From Mantamonas sphyraenae STR306 (lineage: Eukaryota; Protista; CRuMs), in assembly GCA_026936335.1 (NCBI GenBank), contig JAPMXV010000008.1, positions 124,001-188,000 on the forward strand: a stretch of 64,000 bases of DNA, written 5' to 3'. A model generated the notes under the pieces. That model did not search any database and was not told where the DNA came from. It saw nothing but the letters and a program-made list of their open reading frames with translations. Below, piece by piece: positions 11,756 to 24,700 of this stretch (its first letter is position 1; each line of letters starts with the position of its first letter). Position numbers and translations under genes: made by a program.

Positions 11756-12722
11756 TCTCTGCTCTTTCCTGTCAATGCAATTCGGTGCAATTGCACTCCA
11801 TTGTCCTCTCCACCTGTTCACCGGCACCCCTGCTTCGCGCACAACGTCTGCAAAGGCACTGATGCCGTTTGCGCTCGACTTGCACATTTGACATCGTCGT
11901 GTTCCCGGCTCGGTGCGGATCCCACAACGTTTCTGGCTTGCAGCGATGTGTTTCCTCCCACGTGTCTGCACGCCACCTCGTCCTGGCAACCACTGCTTCC
12001 TTGTGAGAAGCACCTCATCGTCCGCCCTGCTCACGGACAACCAACGAATTGCTTTTCCTTCGCGCCGCGCGCTTTCACCCTTGTGAGTTCACAGCTTTGC
12101 TCCGTGCATACCGGTTTTGTGTCATTCCCGGATCCGTCGTCACTGCATGCCCTGTTTCGATTGCCCATACTGCGACCTGCTGCGGCCGTTTCGAACCGGT
12201 TTTCCGAAAGTGGAATCGCAGGAAATCCGAGAATCGCTTGCGAAGGCAAGAGCGCCTGTGACCTCCGCCCGCTCGCGCTACAGCCCATCGCATAGCCGTG
12301 GCTGCTGCATGCGTGCATGTCACACGATCAACGAGGCACTTGCCTGGTTTCAGCCAATGCATCCTCGCAACAGGCCATGGTCAGCAGCGTGAAAGTGACG
12401 ACCCTCTTTTTTTTCGCGCGCAACTTTTCCACCGACGTTGTGCCGCAGATTCTGTGTCGTTTCCATCCGCTTCGACCTGCCACTGCCTGCCATGCCCGAC
12501 CACGTCTTCAGTTGTGAACAGCACCCTTTCTGCACCGCTGGCGACCGGCACAAGCTGCATGCAGTGTTTGCACTGTCGAAAACGACGAGGCCCGGAAAAT
12601 GCACCGCCGTCGACATTGGGGACCTTGTTCCGTTTTCCGGGCGCCCTTGCGCACAACACGTGCACTCACACCCAACAACACGCCCACAAACTCCACCCAC
12701 ACACACAGACTCAGCGAACGAC

Positions 12723-15700
12723 ATGAAGAATCGGCAGTACGCGACACATTCGGTAGTGTTGCTGTGTTTGCTCGCCACAATTTTGGCGACAACCGGCGGC
12801 GCTCTCGCAACAGCGGCCCCGACGATCACTTCGTCGCCTACGGGCCCCACCGTCATCAACGATGACACTACGCATTCGGTCAATTTCACCATCTCCAGCC
12901 CCGACTCGGGTGCTGTCACAGTGGTGGCTAACGTGACCACGGGCACCATCGAGCCGACCACAAACGTCACCGGAGTCGTCTTTACTTCGGGTGGCTTTGG
13001 TTCCCCCTCCAAGACTGTTGCTTTCAACACCACGGTGACTCTTGCTAACCAGGTCCTGACCAGCATCAAGTATACCCCCGTGACGAATTTCAACGGTACG
13101 GACAACATCAACCTGTACGTGTACAACCCGACCTTTGCTACGTACACCTACGACCTCACTGTGCTTGCAGTCAACGCAGCACCTACCATCACGCTGCCTT
13201 CGGCCCTGACTGTGAACGAGGACAGCACCAACAACACCGTTGGTGCCATCGTTGTTTCCGACGTCGATGTTACCTCCAGCATGCTCACCGTGTGGGTCTC
13301 TGCCCAGTACGGTACCATCGTGTTTGGCACAAACGCCAACCTGGTGTTCACCAGCGGCTCGGGCGGTGCAGCAATGATGCACCAGTTCAACGCCACGCTG
13401 ACAAACGCCAACGCGGCCCTGGCCAACCTGAAGTACACTCCGACCGCAAACTGGAACGGCATGGACTACATTACCGTGAACGTGAGCGACAACGGGTACA
13501 CCGGCACCGGCGGCGCCATGATGGCAGCCTCCTCGCTGGGTGTGACTGTGACGGCGGTGAACGACGCGCCGACGATCACGCTGCCTTCGGCCCTTACTGT
13601 GAACGAGGACAGCACGAACAACACCGTGGGCACGATCGCCATCGCCGACGTCGACGTTGGCGCGATGATGGTCACCGTGTGGGTTTCTGCCCAGTACGGT
13701 ACCGTTGCTTTTGGCACAAACGCCAACCTGGTGTTCACCAGCGGCTCGGGCGGTGCAGCAATGATGCACCAGTTCAACGCAACTGTGACGAACGCCAACG
13801 CAGCCCTGGCCAACCTGAAGTACACCCCGACCGCAAACTGGAACGGCATGGACTACATCACCGTGAACGTGAGCGACAACGGGTACACCGGCACCGGCGG
13901 CGCCATGATGGCAGCCTCCTCGCTGGGTGTGACTGTGACGGCTGTGAACGACGGCCCGACGATCACTGCGCCCTCTGCACTGAGTGTGACTGAGGACAGC
14001 ACGAACAACACCGTGGGTGCCTTTGTTGTTGCCGACATTGACGTTGGCGCAATGATGCTCACCGTGTGGGTCAAGGCCCAGTACGGTACCGTTGCCTTTG
14101 GCACAAACGCCAACCTGGTTTTCACCAGCGGCTCGGGCGGTGCAGCAATGATGCACCAGTTCAACGCAACTGTGACGAACGCCAACGCGGCCCTGGGCAA
14201 CCTGAAGTATTCGCCCAACGCAAACTGGAACGGCATGGACTACATCACCGTGAACGTGAGCGACAACGGATACATGGGCACTGGCGGCGCCATGATGGCA
14301 AACGCGGCAATTGGTGTGACTGTGTCGGCTGTGAACGACGCGCCGACGATCACGCTGCCTTCGGCCCTTACTGTGACTGAGGACAGCACGAACAACACCG
14401 TGGGCACGATCGCCATCGCCGACGTCGACGTTGGCGCGATGATGGTCACCGTGTGGGTTTCTGCCCAGTACGGTACCGTTGCTTTTGGCACAAACGCCAA
14501 CCTGGTGTTCACCAGCGGCTCGGGCGGTGCAGCAATGATGCACCAGTTCAACGCAACTGTGACGAACGCCAACGCAGCCCTGGCCAACCTGAAGTACACT
14601 CCGACCGCAAACTGGAACGGCATGGACTACATTACCGTGAACGTGAGCGACAACGGGTACACCGGCACCGGCGGCGCCATGATGGCAGCCTCCTCGCTGG
14701 GTGTGACTGTGACGGCTGTGAACGACGGCCCAACGATCACTGCGCCCTCTGCACTGAGTGTGACTGAGGACAGCACGAACAACACCGTGGGTGCCTTTGT
14801 TGTTGCCGACATTGACGTTGGCGCAATGATGCTCACCGTGTGGGTCAAGGCCCAGTACGGTACCATCGCCTTTGGCACAAACGCCAACCTGGTGTTCACC
14901 AGCGGCTCGGGCGGTGCAGCAATGATGCACCAGTTCAACGCAACTGTGACGAACGCCAACGCGGCCCTGGGCAACCTGAAGTATTCGCCCAACGCAAACT
15001 GGAACGGCATGGACTACATCACCGTGAACGTGAGCGACAACGGATACATGGGCACTGGCGGCGCCATGATGGCAAACGCGGCAATTGGTGTGACTGTGTC
15101 GGCTGTGAACGACGCGCCGACGATCACGCTGCCTTCGGCCCTTACTGTGACTGAGGACAGCACGAACAACACCGTGGGCACGATCGCCATCGCCGACGTC
15201 GACGTTGGCGCGATGATGGTCACCGTGTGGGTTTCTGCCCAGTACGGTACCGTTGCTTTTGGCACAAACGCCAACCTGGTGTTCACCAGCGGCTCGGGCG
15301 GTGCAGCAATGATGCACCAGTTCAACGCCACGGTGACGAACGCCAACGCGGCCCTGGGCAACCTGAAGTACACCCCGACCGCAAACTGGAACGGCATGGA
15401 CTACATTACCGTGAACGTGAGCGACAACGGGTACACCGGCACCGGCGGCGCCATGATGGCAGCCTCCTCGCTCGGTGTGACTGTGACGGCTGTGAACGAC
15501 GGCCCGACGATCACTGCGCCCTCTGCACTGAGTGTGACTGAGGACAGCACGAACAACACCGTGGGTGCCTTTGTTGTTGCCGACATTGACGTTGGCGCAA
15601 TGATGCTCACCGTGTGGGTCAAGGCCCAGTACGGTACCATTGCCTTTGGCACAAACGCCAACCTGGTGTTCACCAGCGGCATGGGCGGTGCAGCAATGAT

Positions 15701-18700
15701 GCACCAGTTCAACGCAACTGTGACGAACGCCAACGCGGCCCTGGGCAACCTGAAGTATTCGCCCAACGCAAACTGGAACGGCATGGACTACATCACCGTG
15801 AACGTGAGCGACAACGGATACATGGGCACTGGCGGCGCCATGATGGCTAACGCGGCAATTGGTGTGACTGTGTCGGCTGTGAACGACGCGCCGACGATCA
15901 CGCTGCCTTCGGCCCTTACTGTGACTGAGGACAGCACGAACAACACCGTGGGCACGATCGCCATCGCCGACGTCGACGTTGGCGCGATGATGGTCACCGT
16001 GTGGGTTTCTGCCCAGTACGGTACCGTTGCTTTTGGCACAAACGCCAACCTGGTGTTCACAAGCGGCTCGGGCGGTGCAGCAATGATGCACCAGTTCAAC
16101 GCAACTGTGACGAACGCCAACGCGGCCCTGGCCAACCTGAAGTACACCCCGACCGCAAACTGGAACGGCATGGACTACATCACCGTGAACGTGAGCGACA
16201 ACGGGTACACCGGCACCGGCGGCGCCATGATGGCAGCCTCCTCGCTGGGTGTGACTGTGACGGCTGTGAACGACGGCCCGACGATCACTGCGCCCTCTGC
16301 ACTGAGTGTGACTGAGGACAGCACGAACAACACCGTGGGTGCCTTTGTTGTTGCCGACATTGACGTTGGCGCAATGATGCTCACCGTGTGGGTCAAGGCC
16401 CAGTACGGTACCGTTGCCTTTGGCACAAACGCCAACCTGGTGTTCACCAGCGGCTCAGGCGGTGCAGCAATGATGCACCAGTTCAACGCAACTGTGACGA
16501 ACGCCAACGCGGCCCTGGGCAACCTGAAGTATTCACCCAACGCAAACTGGAACGGCATGGACTACATCACCGTGAACGTGAGCGACAACGGATACATGGG
16601 CACTGGCGGCGCCATGATGGCAAACGCGGCAATTGGTGTGACTGTGTCGGCTGTGAACGACGCGCCGACGATCACGCTGCCTGCCGCTCTGGTTGTGAAC
16701 CTGGACAGCACCAACAACACTGTGGGCACCATTTCCGTCGCAGATGTTGATGTTGGCGCGATGATGGTCACCGTGTGGGTCTCTGCCCAGCACGGTACCA
16801 TCGTGTTTGGCACAAACGCCAACCTGGTGTTCACCAGCGGCTCGGGCGGTGCAGCAATGATGCACCAGTTCAACGCAACTGTGACGAACGCCAACGCGGC
16901 CCTGGGCAACCTGAAGTACACTCCGACCGCAAGCTACAGCGGCATGGACTACATCACCGTGAACGTGAGCGACAACGGATACACCGGCACTGGCGGCGCC
17001 ATGATGGCAGCCTCCTCGCTCGGTGTGACTGTGACTGGCAACAACGCAGCCCCGACGATCACGCTGCCTTCGGCCCTGACTGTGGCTGAGGACAGCATGA
17101 ACAACACTGTGGGCGCCATTGTGGTGGCCGATGCAGACGCAGGAGCCAACATGCTCACCGTGTGGGTCAAGGCCCAGTACGGTACCGTTGCTTTTGGCAC
17201 AAACGCCAACCTGGTGTTCACCAGCGGCTCGGGCGGTGCAGCAATGATGCACCAGTTCAACGCCACGGTGACGAACGCCAACGCGGCCCTGGCCAACCTG
17301 AAGTACACCCCGACCGCAAACTGGAACGGCATGGACTACATCACCGTGAACGTGAGCGACAACGGGTACACCGGCCTTGGCGGCGCCAAGATGGCAAACG
17401 CGGCACTGGGTGTGACTGTGACGGCTGTGAACGACGGCCCGACGATCACTGCGCCCTCTGCACTGAGTGTGACTGAGGACAGCACGAACAACACCGTGGG
17501 TGCCTTTGTTGTTGCCGACATTGACGTTGGCGCAATGATGCTCACCGTGTGGGTCAAGGCCCAGTACGGTACCATCGTGTTTGGCACAAACGCCAACCTG
17601 GTGTTCACCAGCGGCATGGGCGGTGCAGCAATGATGCACCAGTTCAACGCAACTGTGACGAACGCCAACGCGGCCCTGGGCAACCTGAAGTATTCGCCCA
17701 ACGCAAACTGGAACGGCATGGACTACATCACCGTGAACGTGAGCGACAACGGATACATGGGTGCCGGTGGTCCCATGATGGCAGGAAGCAGCATCGGCGT
17801 GATGGTGACTCCTGTGAACGATGGCCCCACCATCAGCGTGCCCGGCGCGCTCACTGTTCAGCAAGGCGCAATCGGGTCAATTAACGGTATCGGCGTGTCT
17901 GATATCGACTCTGCCACGGGAGCGCTCACTGCCAACCTTACCGTTGGCCACGGCATGTTCTGGTTCGCAAACGCCGCCACTGGCATCACCTTCAACATGG
18001 GCACCATGAATGCCAACAACACCATGGTTTCCATCAGCGGCCAGGTGACCGCTCTCAACACCTTTGTCAGCGCCATCCGCTACGTGTCCAACGCCACGTA
18101 TGTTGGCTCCGATTCTCTGTCCATCTGGGTCACCGACAACGGAAACACCGGCTCCGGTGGCGCCATGATGGCCAATGCCGTGGTGAACATCACTGTCACC
18201 AACACTCCGGTGGCCCCCGTCAACCAGGCACCCACAATCGCCCTCCCTTCTCCGCTCACTGTGGCTGAGGACAGCATGGGCACCCCCGCTGGCGCCATCG
18301 TGATCTCCGATGTCGATGTCGGCGCAAACATGCTCACTGTCTGGGTCAAGGCCCAACAGGGTCAGCTGATGATCGCCAACACGGCTGGTCTGTCGTTCCA
18401 GAGCGGCAACGGCATGTGGGCTATGATGCACCAGTTCAACGCCACCCTGATGGCTGCGAACGCGGCGCTCGCCAACATGACGTACAAGCCCAACGCCAAC
18501 TTCAACGGCATGGACTACATCACCGTCAACGTGAGCGACAACGGATACATGGGGCACTGCCGGCGGCGCCATGATGGCTGACGCTACTCTGGCCGTGACT
18601 GTGACGGCTGTGAACGACGGCCCGACGATCACCACAAGCGTGTCGACCTTCACCGTTGCAGAGGACAGCACCAACACGGGCACCAACGCGTTCCCGGCTG

Positions 18701-21700
18701 CCATTGTTGTGGCGGACGACGCCATGGGCAACCAGCCGCTGTACTTCAACCTGACGGTGACGAACGGCAAGTTGGTGCTGTTGAACTCGGGTGGTCTGGC
18801 GGCAATCGGTGGCGCAGCTGGACCGACGAGCGGCCAGAACCCTGGCACGGACTCGTTCCAGTTCAACGCCACGGTGGCAGGCTTCAACGGCGCGTTCGGC
18901 AACCCGCTGGTGCGATTTGTGCCCACACCCAACTTTGCCGGCACCGCCAAGATCATGATCTACGTGAACGACTACGGCATGACTGGCGCCGGTGGACCGA
19001 AGAGCTCTATGTTTATGTTTGACGTCACGGTGACGGGTGTCAATGACGCCCCGACCCTCATGCTCCCTTCTCCGCTCACTGTGGCTGAGGACAGCATGGG
19101 CGCCCCCGTTGGCGCCATCATGATCTCCGATGTCGATGTCGGCGCAAACATGCTCACTGTCTGGGTCAAGGCCCAACAGGGTCAGCTGATGATCGCCAAC
19201 ACGGCTGGTCTGTCGTTCCAGAGCGGCAACGGCATGTGGGCTATGATGCACCAGTTCAACGCCACCCTGATGGCTGCGAACGCGGCGCTCGCCAACATGA
19301 CGTACAAGCCCAACGCCAACTTCAACGGCATGGACTACATCACCGTCAACGTGAGCGACAACGGATACATGGGTGCCGGTGGTCCCATGATGGTTGACGC
19401 TACTCTGGCCGTGACTGTGACGGCTGTGAACGACGGCCCGACGATCACCACCAGCGTGTCGACCTTCACCGTTGCAGAGGACAGCACCAACACGGGCACC
19501 AACGCGTTCCCGGCTGCCATTGTTGTGGCGGACGACGCCATGGGCAACCAGCCGCTGTACTTCAACCTGACGGTGACGAACGGCAAGTTGGTGCTGTTGA
19601 ACTCGGGTGGTCTGGCGGCAATCGGTGGCGCAGCTGGACCGACGAGCGGCCAGAACCCTGGCACGGACTCGTTCCAGTTCAACGCCACGGTGGCAGGCTT
19701 CAACGGCGCGTTCGGCAACCCGCTGGTGCGATTTGTGCCCACACCCAACTTTGCCGGCACCGCCAAGATCATGATCTACGTGAACGACTACGGCATGACT
19801 GGCGCCGGTGGACCGAAGAGCTCTATGTTTATGTTTGACGTCACGGTGACGGGTGTCAATGACGCCCCGACCCTCATGTTCCCCTCGGACATGTCCGTGG
19901 CTGAGGACAGCGTCAACAACACCGTGGCCCCCATCATGGTGTCGGACGTCGATTCGATGAACATGCAGATCCAAGTCAACCTCACCACCATGCGTGGTAA
20001 CGTCATGATTGGCAACACCGCCGGTCTGATGTTTGCACCGGGCATGATGGGCGGCAAGATGATCTCCTTCAAGGCCACAGTGATGGCTGCGAACGGAGCT
20101 CTGGGCTCACTCAAGTACACGCCGGACGCCAATGTGTACGGCATGGCCGACCAGCTGAAGGTCTCTGTGTCTGACCTGGGCAACACTGGCACTGGCGGCG
20201 AGCTCACGGCAAGCGGCGAGCTCACCATCAACATCACGGGCGTCAACGACGGCCCGACTCTCATGTTCCCCTCGCCCATGACTGTGGCTGAGGACAGCAT
20301 GAACAACATGGTGCCCAAGATCATGATCGCCGACGTCGACTCCATGATGGGCATGATGACCGTCGCCGTGTGTGGTCGATGCACGGCAACGTGGCCATCA
20401 CCAACACTTCGGGTCTGACGTTCACCATGGGCAACGGCGCAGCCGCCAAGATGCACATGTTCAACGCCAACCTGATGTGGGCCAACAACGCGCTGATGTC
20501 GCTGACGTACACTCCGGACGCCAACTTCTACAGCGGCCCCAACGACAACATCCACGTCAACGTGACCGACAACGGCAACACGGGAGCCGGCGGACCCATG
20601 AGCGCCATGGGCATGCTGCAGGTGACTGTGACCGGTGTCAACGACGCACCCACCATCTCTGTGCCCTCGTCGCCCTTCCTGGTCAACGACGACACAGACC
20701 TTACTGTCTCGGGCGTCAGCGTAAGCGACGTTGATGTGATGAACCACATGCTGCAGGCCAACGTGTCTGTCATGCACGGGCGCATCACCTTCCCGAGCGC
20801 AGCCGGCGTCATGTTTGAGCAGGGAAGCCCCATGGGCAACATGATGGTGTCTGTCAAGGCCAACCTGACGTCCCTCAACGCCCTGCTGAGCACCATTGTG
20901 TATCGCTCCAACCTCAACTTCCAGGGTGCTGAGATGCTCAAGATCAGCGTCTCGGACATGGGCTGGACCGGACAGGGCGGCGCAATGATGGCCATGGCCA
21001 CGGTGAACATCAACGTGACCCAGGGTGTCAATGCCGCCCCGTCGCTCATGTTCCCCTCGCCCATGACTGTGGCCGAGGACAGCATGAACAACATGGTGCC
21101 CAAGATCATGATCTCCGATCCCGACGTGGGCATGGGCATGATGACCGTCGCTGTGTGGTCGATGCACGGCAACGTGGCCATCACCAACACTTCGGGCCTT
21201 ACGTTCACCATGGGCAACGGCGCAGCCGCCAAGATGCACATGTTCAACGCCAACCTGATGTGGGCCAACAACGCGCTGATGTCGCTGACGTACACTCCGG
21301 ACGCCAACTTCTACAGCGGCCCCAACGACAACATCCACGTCAACGTGACCGACAACGGCAACACCGGCATTGGTGGTGCCAAGAGTGACATGGGCATGCT
21401 GCAGGTGACCGTGACCGGTGTCAACGACGGCCCCGTGCTGACTATGCCTGCCTCGCCCATCATGGCGATGGAAGACATGGCAGTCAACGTCACGGGCATC
21501 ATGCTCAGCGACGTCGATGTGATGAACGGCAACATGATGGTCAACGCATCGGTGATGCACGGCACCCTTTCGTTCCCGATGGTGCCTGGCGTGACCTTTG
21601 TCGCAGGTCAGGGCATGGGCAGCATGATGGTGTCTGTGACAGGCCAGCTGATGGCTCTGAGGAACCTGCTGGGTGCTCTGACGTACGTGCCGACCGCCAA

Positions 21701-24700
21701 CTGGAACGGCATGGACACGCTCAAGGTCTGGGTGTCGGACATGGGCAACAACGGCGCCGGTGGCGTCATGACCGCCATGGGCGCGGTGAACATCACTGTG
21801 GATGCAGTCAACGACGGACCCACTCTGACGGTGCCCATGACGGTGTTCAACCTGACTCGCAACGCGGGTCCGGTGACGGTGAACAACCCGATTAACTACG
21901 CAGACCAGGACGGCATGAACATGCCGGTGATGGTCAACATCAGCAGCATGGAGGGCAAGATCACGCTGTCGTCCACGGCTGGCATGACGTTTGTCATGGG
22001 CACTGGCTCGTCGGACGCCATGATGAGCTTCACGGCTCTGCCGAATGTCATCAACAACCTGGCGTCGCTGTCGTTCAAGTCCAACCTGGGCGTGTCCGGC
22101 ATGGCTCAGGTCAAGGTGTGGGTCTCGGACATGGGCGCCACAGGCAAGCCTGGCCCGCTGACGGACATGAAGATGATTCGCTTCAACATTGTGGCCTGCC
22201 CGCTTGACTGCGGAGGCAACGGTGTGTGCAGGCTGGACGGCACCTGCCAGTGCAACCCCGGCTGGAAGACGGAGAACTGCAGTGTTCCTCTGTGCCCCGG
22301 CAACTGCAACAACGGCCAGTGCAACCCGGACGGAACATGCACATGCAACGCCGGCTGGACTGGCGGCGCGTGCAACATTAAGCTGTGTGACCTCGTGAAC
22401 GGCGGCGTGTGCTCTGGCAACGGTCAGTGCAACAACGGCACGTGCGCCTGCGACACCGGCTTCACTGGCAACAACTGCCAGACGGCGCCTGCGCCTGCGT
22501 ACCAGAACGCACGTCTGTCCAACTCGGGTGCGCTGATCGCCATCACCTTTTCGCTGGACACCAACCGTGGCGGCGAGGGCGGTGCTGCGTTTGATTGCAG
22601 CCGTGTGCTGGACCCGGCCACGGTGGCCCTTCTCCAGGGAGCTTCGTGTGCATTCACCACCGACCGTGTGCTCACCGTGTCGCTGAGCAGTCAGTCCACC
22701 GTGGTGGCTGGCAACCAAATCGGCATTGTCGCCAACAAGATTGGCGCCAAGCAGAACTCGGCTGGTCCCTACACGGCCGCCAGCTCCAACGCGCTGTTGT
22801 CGCCGGTATCGCCCGTGACTCCCACAGCCGTGCTGGCCATGCCGCAGCAGGTGGCCTCGTGCGACAACCTGCCCGTCAACGGCGACAACTCGTTCGGCTC
22901 GGGTGGACGCACGCTGTCCTTCTACTGGACCGTGGGTGCCAACACCGACGACCTGGCTGCCGTCACCACGCTGGTCAACGGCCTTGCCACCTCTGCCTCG
23001 CAGTTTTCGCTGAACAACGGCGTGCAGATGACCACGTCCAACGGCAACTACACAATCTGCCTCAAGGTGGGCAACTGGCTGGGTCTGAACAGCTCCACGG
23101 TGTGCAGGACCTCCAGGCGCTCGTCGGATCCGCTGCCGCAGGTGGTGATCCCGGGCAGTGCCTCGCGCTCGCACAGGCGCCCGCTGCAGCTGAACCTGGC
23201 CGTGACGGCCACGGTGGCCACGTGCGCGGGTCCCTCGCAGCAGGGACTGACCTTTATGTGGACGCAGGTGTCGGGCCCCAGCGCTTCGCTGTCGGGCGTG
23301 ACGACCACCAACCCGAGGCTGGTGGTGCCTGCCAACACACTCACTGTGGGCGGTACCTATGTGTACCGCGCCACTGTGTCGGTGACAGGCAGCGGTTCGG
23401 TGAGCAGCTCGGCCGAGGTGACTGTCAACGTGGTGGCATCGGCCATCACGGCGGTGATTGCCAACGGCGACCGCGCCGTGTCTCGCTCGTCGGCCTTTTC
23501 GCTGATGAGTGCTTCTGTGGATCCTGACGATCCCAACATGGCCACTGCGCCCACGTACGCGTGGACGTGTGTGATCCGCGGCACGTCGACGGCGTGCACG
23601 GACGTCAACTCGCAGCCGCTGGTGTTTGCTGACGCACGCCAGATCACGGTGGCTGCCGGGTCGCTGTTGCAGAACACGTACACGTTCTCGCTGCAGGTGA
23701 CCAAGGGCTCGCGCTCGGACTCGACGTCGGTGGACATCACCGTGTCGAACGCCGCCGTGCCCTCGGTGACGATCACTGCGCCGGACGTGGAGCAGGTGCT
23801 GCCCCAGGAGCGCCTGGTGCTGACCGGCAACGCCGTGTCGTCGACCAACGACCAGATCACGTACCTGTGGTCTGTGGACGGCAACGCGCTGAACCTGGAC
23901 GACCGCACCAACGTGCTGGCCACGTCCAAGAACTCGCGCGTGCTGGTGGTGCGCGCCAACGCCCTGAAGCCGCAGACGTACAAGTTCCGCCTGACGGCGA
24001 CGGACAACAACGGCGCAGGCTTTGCGCAGGTGACCATCGCGGTGAACCAGCCGCCCACGGCAGGCACACTGACGGTGAGCCCGGCCACGGGTCTGGTGCT
24101 CAACACCACCTTTACGCTGACGACGCAGGACTGGGCGGACACGCCGGGCGACTCGCCCTTCACGTACACGTTTGGTTACCTGGAGAACGGCGTGGAGACG
24201 GTGCTCGTGTCGGGCTCCCAGTCGCCGCAGCTGCAGACCACGCTGCCCCAGGGCCAGGTGCGTCTGTTTGTGCGCGCCTTTGACGTGCTGGGCTCCCGCT
24301 CGCAGGCAGCCTACGTCAACGCCACGGTGAACCCGCTGCCGGTGCTTGCCGGTGGCAACAAGGCCAACGCCGCCGCTCAGGTGGAGAACGCGGCCAACGA
24401 GCTGGACAAGGCTTCGGAGAGCAAGGATGTGAACAAGCTGTCGTCGCTGGCCAACACGCTGACCAGTGTGCTGACGGACACGTTTACGAACAACGAGGCC
24501 GACGCCACGGTCAAGGCTCGCGTGAACAATGTGCGCGCCAAGATTCTGACGGCTGTGACGGCGGTGGTGGAACTCAGCGGCAAGGTGTCCAAGGACCAGG
24601 TGCAGGGTTTCTCGCGCACCCTCAAGAGTGCGTCGAACGACGTGAACCTGACCCCGGAGAACCAGAACAAGGCGCTGAACCTGGTGAAGAAGCTGGTGGA

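Noticed and set aside
12438-12722. ORF-track N-terminal extension of the giant protein (and similar extensions at 57840, 34831, 39636, 52254)
   Set aside because: These begin at non-ATG or upstream codons and read as non-coding. The signal peptide or conserved N-terminus begins at the downstream ATG.
13175-17820. Regular repeat array as CRISPR or satellite DNA
   Set aside because: The units are 387-bp in-frame protein domains with no unique spacers, in a eukaryotic context.
12723-22195. Bacterial contamination or chimeric contig
   Set aside because: The repeat region runs in frame into eukaryotic EGF/REJ/GAIN domains, has an ER-type signal peptide and many sequons, and its base composition resembles flanking intron-containing genes. 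Read-level confirmation is still advisable.
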